Shown here one piece after another: positions 48,149-57,676 of a stretch of 64,000 nt of DNA. Position numbers and translations under genes: made by a program. Position 1 is the stretch's first letter. Each line of letters opens with the position of its first letter. A model generated the notes under the pieces. That model did no database searches. It had not been told where the DNA came from and was given only the letters and a program-made list of their open reading frames with translations. The DNA lies in the NCBI GenBank assembly GCA_016234495.1, contig JACRBI010000052.1, positions 13,789 to 77,788 on the forward strand, given 5' to 3'. Origin of the DNA: Chloroflexota bacterium. GTDB lineage: Bacteria; Chloroflexota; Anaerolineae; Anaerolineales; Villigracilaceae.

Positions 48149-48216
48149 ACCCCTCTCCCCTTGCCCCTCTCCCAAAATGGGAGGGGGGTTGGGGTGAGGG
48201 ATTTTTGGAGAATGTT

Positions 48217-48786
48217 ATGACTGAAGAAACAACAAATACAAAACGCGGCTTATCCATTTGGGTGCAAGTTGCCGTCTGGGTCTTTGTGGTGGGCTTGCTC
48301 GGGCTGGTGGCATTTGGCTTGAGACGCGCGCAAAACCCGATGGCAGTCGTTGGAGACCGCGTCCCGGACTTCGACCTTGTTTTTTATGAAGGCTATGAAT
48401 ACAACGGTCAAAAAGAAATGAAACTTTCCGACCTGCAAGGCAAGATTGTGCTGATCAACATCTGGGCTTCGTGGTGCAAACCCTGCGAACAGGAAGCGCC
48501 CGACCTTGAGGAAGCCTGGCAGTTTTACAAAGACAGCGATGACGTGGTCTTCATTGGCGTTGATTACGTGGATACGCCGGCCGGCGCAAATGAATACCTG
48601 ACAAAGTTCAACATCAGTTTTCCAAATGCGCCTGACTTGAAATCGAACATTTCGAGCATCTTAAACCGCCAGATGGGCGTGCCTGAAACTTATATCATTG
48701 ACCGCGAAGGTGTCCTGCAAAATATAAAGATCGGACCCTTTACGTCTGTGGATGAGATCATCTCTGTCATTGAAAGTGTTCGGTAG
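48217..48786 (+). CDS. ccmG: TlpA/CcmG-like membrane-anchored thioredoxin
   Basis: INIWASWCKPCEQE, GVPETY. Confidence 0.82.
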   Translation: MTEETTNTKRGLSIWVQVAVWVFVVGLLGLVAFGLRRAQNPMAVVGDRVPDFDLVFYEGYEYNGQKEMKLSDLQGKIVLINIWASWCKPCEQEAPDLEEAWQFYKDSDDVVFIGVDYVDTPAGANEYLTKFNISFPNAPDLKSNISSILNRQMGVPETYIIDREGVLQNIKIGPFTSVDEIISVIESVR

Positions 48787-48798
48787 GGAAAATCAAAC

Positions 48799-49305
48799 AT
48801 GGAATTAGGTTCAATCTTTCTTATTCTCGCTGTTGCCGTACTCATCGGCATTTATTTATATGTGCCATTCACTGCCCGCGCCCGCCGTGGACGCGCGAGC
48901 GAAACGCTGGAAGTCTCCGCCTTGAAAGCGGAACGCGACCGGGTGATCAACTCGCTGCAAGAATTGGATTTTGACCACAACCTCGGCAAGATCCCCGCCG
49001 AGGATTATCCTGCCCAGCGCGCGCTGCTCCTGCAAAAAGGCGCGGACATCCTGCGCAAACTGGATGAGCTGACTTCGGGAGCGGCTTCTGACAGCAACGT
49101 GGAATCACGGATCGAACAGGCTGCTGCCGCAGTCCGCGCCGATTCATCCGCCACGGTTAAGCCGCTCGACGATGACGATCTCGAATCAATGATCGCCGCG
49201 CGCCGCAAAGAGCACAAGAGCAAGTCCGCTGGTTTTTGCCCGAAATGCGGCAAGCCGGTGCTCGTCACTGATAAATTCTGCCCGTCCTGTGGGAAAGCTT
49301 TGTAA
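48799..49305 (+). CDS. CcmI-like N-terminal region with C-terminal zinc ribbon
   Basis: TM; L.ELDFD..LGKI..EDY; CPKCG..DKFCPSCG. Confidence 0.65.
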   Translation: MELGSIFLILAVAVLIGIYLYVPFTARARRGRASETLEVSALKAERDRVINSLQELDFDHNLGKIPAEDYPAQRALLLQKGADILRKLDELTSGAASDSNVESRIEQAAAAVRADSSATVKPLDDDDLESMIAARRKEHKSKSAGFCPKCGKPVLVTDKFCPSCGKAL

Positions 49306-49391
49306 TTAGCCAGTTAGCGATTGGCGATTAGCAGTTAGCCAATCGCTAAACGCCAACAGCCAAACGCTAAAAATAATCTTTGAGGAATTTA

Positions 49392-51317
49392 ATGAAACTA
49401 CGCCATATCGTTTTAATTACCGCAATCGCAATTTTTCTCGCCGCGTGCAACTTCACCCTCGCCGAGGATGTCACTCCCCCGCCGAATTATGTGCCGCCCG
49501 CCCCTGCGCCAACCATGGGACCATTGTTCCCGCCAAACACACCGGACGTTGAAAACGGCGCGGCGATCTATGTTGAAAAATGCGAACCCTGCCACGGCGT
49601 CACTGGCTTGGGCGACGGTCCGCAAGGTTTACAGCTGCCGGTTTCGGTTGCCGCAATCGGCTTGCCCGCCACCGCGCAAAAGGCATTGCCCTCCGACTGG
49701 TACATTCAGGTAACGCAAGGCAACCTCGAGCGCTTCATGCCGCCGTTCGCAAGTTTGAACGATCAGGAACGTTGGGACGTGGTTGCCTATGCATTAACCC
49801 TGCACACCAGCCCCGATCAAATCGCGCAAGGCAAAACACTCATTGAAGATAGCTGCGCCGATTGCGCGAAAACTTTCAGCAGCCTCGAGATGATGTCGGC
49901 GCTTTCCGAGAATGACCTGATCCAGTTGATGAAAAACGGTCAGGGTGATATCCCCGCTTTTGGAAAATCCTTTACCGATGAAGAAGCCGCCGCCGCTGCC
50001 GCTTATCTGCGGACTTTGACCTTCGCGGCTCCGCCCGCGCCGGTAGCTGTTGCCGCCACCGAGACACCCGTCAGCACTGAGGCGGCGACAACCCCGTCCG
50101 CTGAGACCACGCCAGTTGATGGCACGCAGGCCGCAGTCACGCCAGAAGCGGGTACTGAAGCCGCTGTCACACCTGTTGACGGCACACCTGCCGCAGCGAC
50201 GGAAACCCCAGTCGAAGCGACATTGGCAGAAGGCATGGGCAGTGTCAGCGGTTCGCTGGATAACCAGACGGGCAAGCCGCTGCCAGCCGATATGAAAGTG
50301 ACTCTGCGCGCCATGGAACACGGCAGCGACCCAAGCACCGGGCCGAAAGAGCTTGAGACGTTTGAAGGGCCGGTCAATGCCGATGGGACTTTTGTTTTCA
50401 ATAATGTTCCAGTGCCTGAAAACCGCATTTACATTGCAGATGTGGATGTGAACGGCTCAATTTATCAATCTGGTTTTACGATTGTGAAGGCCGGCGAAAC
50501 GGATCTGGTCATTCCGCCGATCACCATCTTCGAAGGCACATCCGATTATTCGACCTTGCAGATCACATCCCTGCAAATCTACTTTGACTTTGCTGTTGAA
50601 GGTTCGGCGCAGATGTTCTCGGTGTATTCGATTGCGAACATCACCGACAAGACCGTGACAGTGCAGATGACAGGGGCGCAGGATATTCCATTCATTGCCT
50701 TCGCAGAAGGTGCGGAGCCGCTTGGTTTTCAAGCCACGCAGGATACGGCGGCGTTCGTTCAAACAGCAGACGGCTTTGCCATGCCGCCCAGCACATCCAC
50801 CTACGGCCTGATCGCGTTCTCCTCACTCGTCAAAACTGAAAAAATGGAAATCTCGCAAGCCGCGCTGCTGCCCATTGACAATGTCAGCCTGTTCCTGCCC
50901 GAAGGCATGGAAGCAACAGGTGATGGATTAACAGATGAAGGAGTTCAACAGCAGAATGGCGTGAACTATCACGTGTACTCAGCAGGCAGCCTGGAAAAGG
51001 ATGAAAGCGTCAAGTTCACTGTGACCGGCAAGCCGATCTCGGTGGAAGTGAATCCGGATGTTTTGCAGAACAAGACGCTCCTGATCGGCGTCGGCGCGCT
51101 TGGGCTGGTCCTCGTTCTGGCAGGTGTTTGGTTGTTCCTGCGCGAACCAAAGAAAGTGGACGAAACCGACGACGAAGAGAATGAATTTGATGATCCCGAG
51201 TCGCTCATGGATGCCATCATCGCGCTGGACGATCTGCACCGCAGCGGCAAACTGTCTGATGAAGCCTATCAAAAGCGGCGTGACGAGTTAAAGAGCGCGT
51301 TGAAGAGAAGGTCATAA
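49392..51317 (+). CDS. Lipoprotein c-type cytochrome with Ala/Thr/Pro linker, large exported domain and C-terminal TM
   Basis: Lipobox FLAAC; one CEPCH heme motif; MPPF distal Met. Confidence 0.75.
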   Translation: MKLRHIVLITAIAIFLAACNFTLAEDVTPPPNYVPPAPAPTMGPLFPPNTPDVENGAAIYVEKCEPCHGVTGLGDGPQGLQLPVSVAAIGLPATAQKALPSDWYIQVTQGNLERFMPPFASLNDQERWDVVAYALTLHTSPDQIAQGKTLIEDSCADCAKTFSSLEMMSALSENDLIQLMKNGQGDIPAFGKSFTDEEAAAAAAYLRTLTFAAPPAPVAVAATETPVSTEAATTPSAETTPVDGTQAAVTPEAGTEAAVTPVDGTPAAATETPVEATLAEGMGSVSGSLDNQTGKPLPADMKVTLRAMEHGSDPSTGPKELETFEGPVNADGTFVFNNVPVPENRIYIADVDVNGSIYQSGFTIVKAGETDLVIPPITIFEGTSDYSTLQITSLQIYFDFAVEGSAQMFSVYSIANITDKTVTVQMTGAQDIPFIAFAEGAEPLGFQATQDTAAFVQTADGFAMPPSTSTYGLIAFSSLVKTEKMEISQAALLPIDNVSLFLPEGMEATGDGLTDEGVQQQNGVNYHVYSAGSLEKDESVKFTVTGKPISVEVNPDVLQNKTLLIGVGALGLVLVLAGVWLFLREPKKVDETDDEENEFDDPESLMDAIIALDDLHRSGKLSDEAYQKRRDELKSALKRRS

Positions 51318-51375
51318 TCATGTCATTGCCTCGCCGCGAAGATCACGCTCCTCGCAACGACGTATGGAATCATTA

Positions 51376-52074
51376 ATGATCGAAGTCAAAAAACTCGTCA
51401 AACGCTTTGGGCTAAAAACAATCCTGCGCGGACTGAATTTTTCAGTTGAGCCCGGTGAGTTTGTGGCATTGCTCGGCCCCAATGGCGCCGGCAAAACGAC
51501 ATTCCTGCGCATTCTTGCCACGCTCTCGCGCCCGTCGCTGGGCGATGTGAAGATTGCAGGCCACCACCTCCCCGCTGACGCCGCGCAAGTCCGCGCCAAA
51601 TTGGGCGTTGTCTCCCACATGCCTTTGCTATATCCAGACCTGACAGCCGAAGAAAACCTGCGCTTCTATGCCCGCATGTACGGCATAGGAAATATGGAAG
51701 CCCGCATCAGCGAAGTATTGGAAATGGTCGGGCTGGAAAATCGCCGCAAGGATTTAGTCCGCACCTTTTCACGCGGAATGCAGCAGCGACTCGCCATTGG
51801 GCGCGCGGTCATCCACGACCCGGAAGTGATGCTGTTCGATGAGCCTTATACCGGTCTGGATCAGGATGCCTCCGAAATGCTGGATGAGGTGCTGCGCTCC
51901 GTTGCCGCTGAAGGCCGCACCGTGGTCATGACCTCGCACGATCTGGCCCGCGCCGAAGACCTGGCCACCCGCTTTGACATTCTCTCGCGCGGCGTGATCA
52001 CAGCCTCTGCAACGCAAAAAGAATTAAAACAGACAAACCTGCTTGCGTTTTACAAACAGGCACTGGCGGATTGA
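51376..52074 (+). CDS. ccmA: Heme export ABC ATPase
   Basis: GPNGAGKTT, FSRGMQQRL, LFDEP. Confidence 0.9.
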   Translation: MIEVKKLVKRFGLKTILRGLNFSVEPGEFVALLGPNGAGKTTFLRILATLSRPSLGDVKIAGHHLPADAAQVRAKLGVVSHMPLLYPDLTAEENLRFYARMYGIGNMEARISEVLEMVGLENRRKDLVRTFSRGMQQRLAIGRAVIHDPEVMLFDEPYTGLDQDASEMLDEVLRSVAAEGRTVVMTSHDLARAEDLATRFDILSRGVITASATQKELKQTNLLAFYKQALAD

Positions 52075-52820
52075 TGATGGATAAAAAAACAGCGACCATA
52101 GACAGTAGACCGCAGACGATGAACCGCCCATCGTCCATCGTCCATCGTCCATCTTTTGTAAAAGCTACTTTGGCCATTGTGCAAAAAGACCTCTCGGCTG
52201 AGTTTCGTTCATTTGAATTGATCTCCGCCATGCTTGTCTTCTCGCTTTTGGTCATCATTATCTTCAACTTCGCGTTGGAATTGGATATCAAAGTGCGCGA
52301 GTCGGTTACTTCCGGCGTATTGTGGACGACCTTCGCATTTGCGGGCACGCTCGGGCTTAACCGATCCATGTCCGTGGAAAAAGACCGCGGCTGCATGGAC
52401 GGCCTGTTACTCGCACCGGTAGACCGCTCCGTCATTTATTTTGGCAAGGCTATCAGCAATCTTATCTTCATGCTCATTGTGGAAGTAATTGTCCTGCCCG
52501 TTTACAGCATGTTGTATAACGTAAACCTGTTTCGGCTTGACCTGCTCGGGGTGATCCTGCTCGGGTCCATCGGGTATGCGGCCGTTGGCACGCTGCTCTC
52601 GACCATGTCGGCGCAGACGCGCACGCGCGAAGTATTGCTGCCCATTTTGTTATTCCCAGTGGCAATGCCCGTTCTGTTGGCATCGGTCAAAGCCTGCAAC
52701 GGCTTGCTGACCGGCGCAGAATTTTCCGAAGTGCTCACGCCGCTAAATCTTCTCATCGTTTACGATGTCATCTTTATCGCCATCGCATTCATGGTGTTTG
52801 ACTTTGTAGTGGAGGAGTGA
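52074..52820 (+). CDS. ccmB: Heme export permease
   Basis: KDL.AEFRS, EKDRGCMDGLLLAP, LLPILLFP; TGATG coupling to ccmA. Confidence 0.9.
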   Translation: MMDKKTATIDSRPQTMNRPSSIVHRPSFVKATLAIVQKDLSAEFRSFELISAMLVFSLLVIIIFNFALELDIKVRESVTSGVLWTTFAFAGTLGLNRSMSVEKDRGCMDGLLLAPVDRSVIYFGKAISNLIFMLIVEVIVLPVYSMLYNVNLFRLDLLGVILLGSIGYAAVGTLLSTMSAQTRTREVLLPILLFPVAMPVLLASVKACNGLLTGAEFSEVLTPLNLLIVYDVIFIAIAFMVFDFVVEE

Positions 52821-52892
52821 TCTAGGAGAGAGTAAGAAGTAATACGCAGTTGAAATTGCTAACCGCTAATCGCTATATTTACAGGAGTTACC

Positions 52893-53588
52893 ATGCAAAA
52901 TAAACCCGTTCTATTAACCATTCTCGATGCAGCCTCCATTATTGTCCTCGGCATCGCCACGTATCTTGCGCTCGTGTTCGCCCCCACCGAAGCAGTGATG
53001 GGACAAGTTCAGCGTGTTTTCTATTTCCACATCGGCACAGCCTGGGTGGGATTGCTCGGATTCGTGATTGCGGCAGTGGCCGGCGTCGCATATCTCATTA
53101 CAAAAGATTCGCGCTGGGATCGCTTCGAAGTCGCTGCGGTGGAAGTAAGCACTGTCTTCTTCTTCATTACCATCGTGCTTGGCTCGATCTGGGCGCGCCC
53201 CGCCTGGAACACCTGGTGGACGTGGGATCCGCGCCTGACGACCGCCGCCATTACAGAGCTGATCTACATCGCCTACTTCATGCTCCGCAAGGGAATTGAA
53301 GACCCCGAAAAGCGCGCGCGCTTCGGCGCTGTCTACACATTATTGGGCGGTATCAGCGCGCCGATCACCTTCATGGTCATCCGTCTCTTCCGCACCATCC
53401 ATCCGATCGTCATCGGGTCGGCAAATGCCAATCAGGAAAAAATGAGCATGACCGGCGATATGAAGATCGCCTTCTTCTTTGGGCTGTTCGCCTTCACAGT
53501 CATCTTCATTGATTTGATCTGGCACCGCATCCGCCTCGGCAGTCTCGAAGAAAAAGTTGAACAGTTGAAACTCAAAGTTTCAATGTAA
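52893..53588 (+). CDS. ccmC: Heme delivery protein CcmC
   Basis: FYFH, WARPAWNTWWTWDPRLT, RTIHP. Confidence 0.93.
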   Translation: MQNKPVLLTILDAASIIVLGIATYLALVFAPTEAVMGQVQRVFYFHIGTAWVGLLGFVIAAVAGVAYLITKDSRWDRFEVAAVEVSTVFFFITIVLGSIWARPAWNTWWTWDPRLTTAAITELIYIAYFMLRKGIEDPEKRARFGAVYTLLGGISAPITFMVIRLFRTIHPIVIGSANANQEKMSMTGDMKIAFFFGLFAFTVIFIDLIWHRIRLGSLEEKVEQLKLKVSM

Positions 53589-53607
53589 TGATTATTAGGA
53601 GATAAAT

Positions 53608-53796
53608 ATGTTACTTGAAACCACCCCCGACACTTCCGGCTACATGATCGCAGGCTATGTTTTTTCCTTTGTTGTGATGGGCATTTACGTTTTTAGCATG
53701 TATCTTCGGAATGCCAATCTCAAGCGGGATGCCGAAACACTGGAATCTTTACAAGCGGAGGAAGCTAAAAAAGCATCCAGCCCTAAAAAGAAATAA
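53608..53796 (+). CDS. ccmD: CcmD-like small membrane protein
   Basis: 62 aa; YMIAGY TM followed by a charged tail; directly after ccmC. Confidence 0.7.
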   Translation: MLLETTPDTSGYMIAGYVFSFVVMGIYVFSMYLRNANLKRDAETLESLQAEEAKKASSPKKK

Positions 53797-54007
53797 GAAC
53801 TGGACTTTCGCTTGGCATGGTTTGAACGCTTCGCGTTCAGACCTCGAAGCAAAATCGGGAGATTTTCCACTCCAAACAAAAGTTTCATAAGAAAATCCTG
53901 CTCCTTCTGTTTTGGGAGCAGGAAATATGACAAATTCAATCCATTTAAAGTTGAGAATTGCTGTTATCAGAAAGTCCGCTTATAATGTAGGCGGACTTTT
54001 TGATCGT

Positions 54008-55615
54008 ATGACTCGCCGCTGGCTGCTCGGCCTCTTATCCATTCTGATTGCCTTAACCGGCACAGCTTTTACGCGTGCCCTTGCCGCCAACCCTCCGCCT
54101 GGCCCAGACCGTTTTACAGTCATCACCGTGGACTACACCGCCTTCGAATGGTATTTTGCCACCTGGAAGGGATCGAATGTTGTCTGTTCTGTGAAGACAG
54201 ATCACGAAGGTCCCCCCAACCCGGAGGAAGTATATCGGGATTGCGAACTGGCGGTCTACAATAAGTGGGTCTCCCAGCCGCCGTGCATTTACAGAGATTC
54301 AAGTTTGTGCGATGGGTACTACACTTTCCCCGTAAATAGTTGGGCTGCCCAAAAAGAGATTCCGATGCAGCTCCCACCCCCGGCTGCATGGATTTCGCTG
54401 GAAGACTGCCAGCCGGTGCTGAGCACGTCCACCAATATATGCGAAACCACACCGACGCTCGTGATCGCCGGTTACGAACCTGTTCAGAATGAGCGAATCA
54501 TCCGAATCGAAGGGACATATAATGGTCAGCCTTTCGACTGCGACCAGACCGATGTATGCAAATTCCACATCCCTGAAACGGATGTAAAAGGCGTAAGGGT
54601 GGAGTTCTGGGCTTATTCATCTTATGGCGATAGCAGCCTGATTTACAGTGCGCAAGTCCGTGTGCAAAAAGCAAGCGAGAATGATCCCGACCAGGCCTAT
54701 TGGTATGTGGATGTTCTATCTTCGCAATGGGTTGGACAGGCTGTAGCCATGTGCTCCGACTCATGGAATGTGTTCCCGCCGGTTGGCGGACCTCCCGCCT
54801 GGCTGACCACGCCCAAACAAAGCGAAGAACTCAGCAGCGACATTCCCTACACCTACCTCGCGAAAAATTTAATCCTGCAAGGCGCGGTGGATGCAAGTTC
54901 CTGCACCGATGGCGGAATTTCTCCGGACGGCATGGTGAATCAATGCGGGCTGGAAATGGCGCGCGAAGCAGTGACCAACTGGCAAAATCAATTTGATGAA
55001 TTGATCTTAACCACCGCCCGCGAAACAAGCGTACCCGCGCGATTACTTAAAAATCTATTCGCAAGAGAAAGCCAGTTTTGGCCGGGCAGTGGTCAGGCTC
55101 CGGGTGATACGGGTCTGGGTCAACTGACAGAGAACGGCGCAGATACCACCCTGTTCTGGAATCCATCTTTTTATAATCAGTTTTGTGTGCTGGCATTGCC
55201 GGGCGAAACTTGCGGCAAAGGCTACATGCACCTGACCCCGGAAGAAAGACAGGCGCTGCGCCTCGCGCTGGTGACAAGCGTTAACGCAACCTGCAAAGAT
55301 TGTCCGCTTGGGATCGACCTGGCGCGCGCAGATTTTTCAGTCGGCGTTTTTGCGCACAGCATGATCGGAAGCTGCAAGCAGGCGGGACAGGTCATCACAA
55401 ATTACACCGGCAAATCGCCAGGCGATGTAGCCTCCTATGAAGACCTGTGGAAGTTCTCCCTCGTCAATTACAACGCCGGCGGAGGGTGCCTGGCAGAGGT
55501 CATCACCCGCTCGCTTGGCGAAGGCAACACGATTCTCACGTGGGACAACACTTCGCCATTTATCAGCGGCGCATGTGCCGGCGCGCTGGACTATGTGAAC
55601 GACATCAGCAAATGA
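54008..55615 (+). CDS. Exported Cys-rich protein with C-terminal lytic transglycosylase (SLT)-like domain
   Basis: Signal peptide; ARESQF (catalytic E-S), GLGQL, NYNAG. Confidence 0.65.
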   Translation: MTRRWLLGLLSILIALTGTAFTRALAANPPPGPDRFTVITVDYTAFEWYFATWKGSNVVCSVKTDHEGPPNPEEVYRDCELAVYNKWVSQPPCIYRDSSLCDGYYTFPVNSWAAQKEIPMQLPPPAAWISLEDCQPVLSTSTNICETTPTLVIAGYEPVQNERIIRIEGTYNGQPFDCDQTDVCKFHIPETDVKGVRVEFWAYSSYGDSSLIYSAQVRVQKASENDPDQAYWYVDVLSSQWVGQAVAMCSDSWNVFPPVGGPPAWLTTPKQSEELSSDIPYTYLAKNLILQGAVDASSCTDGGISPDGMVNQCGLEMAREAVTNWQNQFDELILTTARETSVPARLLKNLFARESQFWPGSGQAPGDTGLGQLTENGADTTLFWNPSFYNQFCVLALPGETCGKGYMHLTPEERQALRLALVTSVNATCKDCPLGIDLARADFSVGVFAHSMIGSCKQAGQVITNYTGKSPGDVASYEDLWKFSLVNYNAGGGCLAEVITRSLGEGNTILTWDNTSPFISGACAGALDYVNDISK

Positions 55616-55642
55616 AAGCGGACGCAGGCGCGTCCGCTTTTT
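55615..55642. terminator. Bidirectional terminator between convergent genes
   Basis: AAAGCGGACGC..GCGTCCGCTTT. Confidence 0.75.
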
Positions 55643-55669
55643 GATTCGATCTGGGTAGAAAAAATAACC

Positions 55670-56803
55670 TTAATGCACGTGGGTGCAGGGATCTTCTTCC
55701 AGCGGCAGGTTCTTCATCGCAAATCCAAAAGCCATAATGCCAGCCGAGAAGAGACCAATCGTCACGGCCAGTTCCAGAACATGCGGAACGTACGGTTCGC
55801 CCGCCATGCTGACCAAGCCGATATTCAGCCGGTACAGAATCAGCCCAAGCAGGGTCAGCAGGCCGGCGCGGAAGATCCACGGGGAACTCTTGCGGAATTT
55901 CGGGACGAGCAGGATTGCAATCGGCAGGATGATCCCAATCAGGTTTTCCAGAATAAACATGTTGCCCTGGAATGTGCCGCTGAAGATCAGCCCCAATTCA
56001 CCGGCATAGGCGAGGTCGCCCACTTTGATGAGCAGGAGCAATCCCAGCGTAATCAACATGCCGCGGGCGAGTCCCTGAAAAATTTCGTTGCGGACCTGTC
56101 CGCCAAAGACCTGATGTGAAATTGCGCATTCGAAGATCACCATACCAAAACCGACGGCAATGGCCGAGACAAGGAAGATCAACGGAAGCAGGGATGTGTA
56201 CCAAAGCGGATGCATCTTGAAGGGCACAATCAGAAACAGCGACCCCAAAGAGGATTGGTGCATGGTCGAGAGGGTCACGCCGAGAATCACCACCGGGATG
56301 GAAATTTTCTTTACGAACTGCAGCAGGCTTGTCCAGCCGAGCTTCTCGAGCAAGGGCGGGCTGAATTCCAGAAACAAAACCGCAGTGTAGGTCATCACGC
56401 ACATGCCAACCTCAAACAGCGGGGAATGGAGGTTCCAGTAAACGAGCATGTGCCAGATGCGCTGCGGTTGTCCTAAATCCACCAGCAAGGCGAGGATCAC
56501 CATCAGGTAGCCGAGGAAACCGGTCAGCAGGGCCGGGCGCAGTATGGGGCGATACTTCTCGATGTGGAAAATGTGAACGGTCGCCGCGAGAACGAAAGCG
56601 CCAGCCGAGATCGGCACGCCCACGAGCAGATCAAAACTGATCCAGATTCCCCACGGGCGCGAGTCGCTCAAATTGGACACATGGCTAAATCCATCCACCC
56701 AGCGGAACATGGCCGCGAAGGCGCCCAGCGCGGCAAGAAACACCAGGATGAGCGTGCCAATGGAAACCTGTTTCTTGACAACGGGAAGGGTGATGCTCGT
56801 CAT
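55670..56803 (-). CDS. NrfD/HybB/PsrC-family quinol-interacting membrane subunit
   Basis: PWGIWI.FD, VDLGQP.R.W, SPLFEV..C, LSTMHQSSLG. Confidence 0.9.
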   Translation of the reverse strand: MTSITLPVVKKQVSIGTLILVFLAALGAFAAMFRWVDGFSHVSNLSDSRPWGIWISFDLLVGVPISAGAFVLAATVHIFHIEKYRPILRPALLTGFLGYLMVILALLVDLGQPQRIWHMLVYWNLHSPLFEVGMCVMTYTAVLFLEFSPPLLEKLGWTSLLQFVKKISIPVVILGVTLSTMHQSSLGSLFLIVPFKMHPLWYTSLLPLIFLVSAIAVGFGMVIFECAISHQVFGGQVRNEIFQGLARGMLITLGLLLLIKVGDLAYAGELGLIFSGTFQGNMFILENLIGIILPIAILLVPKFRKSSPWIFRAGLLTLLGLILYRLNIGLVSMAGEPYVPHVLELAVTIGLFSAGIMAFGFAMKNLPLEEDPCTHVH

Positions 56804-57672
56804 GACTTCACCTCCTCTTCCGGAGTGGATGTCTTATTTTTGGTGCGCTGATAAACGGCAGACATCGCCCCGCCCACCCCGAAGAATATGGCCGGCACAA
56901 TGTTCAACGCCCATTGAGTGCGATCCGGCAGCGGCTGGGGATCGAGACCCGGCAGGCCAATCGCTTCAAACGGGACACCAGAAAGAATCAGCACCGAAGT
57001 CCCGCCGCCCTCGAATTCGCCATAGACCCGGTCTTCGAAATATTTGCCGGGGTTGACGGAAATTCGCATCTTGGCAATTTCCAGCAGATCGCCGCGCCTG
57101 CCAAAAAGCAAAGCCTGTTTGGGGCAAATATCGGCGCAGGCCGGGCCAGCCTCGCGGTGGTAACACATCTCACATTTGCGAATGAAAGGATACGCCAGCG
57201 ACCAATCATAGCGCGGGACGCCGAAGGCGCAGGCTTGCATACAATAGCGGCAGCCGATGCACTTGTACGCGTCGTAAACCACCGGGCCGTTTTCTATTTT
57301 GTGCAGCGCGCCAACCGGGCACGAGGCCGCGCAGGCCGGGTCTACGCAGTGCATACATTGATATTTGCGGAAAGACTTTTGCGCGCCATCCTCAGATTGG
57401 TACAATTTGATCAACGTGAAGGTGTTCCCGCTCAGGTCGTCCACATTTTCTTCGGGGAGCTTGTTGTAGGCTTTGCAGGCGCGTTCACATTCGCGGCAGC
57501 CGCTGCATTGCGTTGCGTCGTAAAGCAGCGCCCAATGTTCTTCGAGCGGAAGTTCTTCATTGGATGAAGCGCCTGCTGAAACACAAGCATTGGCTGTCAA
57601 AGCCAGGCTGCCGAGACCGGCCCCGGCAATCTTCAAGAATTCGCGGCGGGAGAGATTGGATTTATTTTGCAT
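56800..57672 (-). CDS. Tat-exported 4x[4Fe-4S] subunit (HybA/NrfC-like) with C-terminal TM
   Basis: SRREFLK; CSGCRECERAC, CMHCVDPACAASC, CIGCRYCMQAC, CEMC..CADIC. Confidence 0.9.
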   Translation of the reverse strand: MQNKSNLSRREFLKIAGAGLGSLALTANACVSAGASSNEELPLEEHWALLYDATQCSGCRECERACKAYNKLPEENVDDLSGNTFTLIKLYQSEDGAQKSFRKYQCMHCVDPACAASCPVGALHKIENGPVVYDAYKCIGCRYCMQACAFGVPRYDWSLAYPFIRKCEMCYHREAGPACADICPKQALLFGRRGDLLEIAKMRISVNPGKYFEDRVYGEFEGGGTSVLILSGVPFEAIGLPGLDPQPLPDRTQWALNIVPAIFFGVGGAMSAVYQRTKNKTSTPEEEVKS

Positions 57673-57676
57673 GACG

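Noticed and set aside
49849-49870. CADCA as a second heme site in the ccm-embedded cytochrome
   Set aside because: Lacks the His of CxxCH; treated as degenerate
53800-53925. Possible structured RNA between ccmD and the SLT-like gene
   Set aside because: Only one clear hairpin (TCCTGCTCC..GGAGCAGGA) and no recognisable riboswitch consensus
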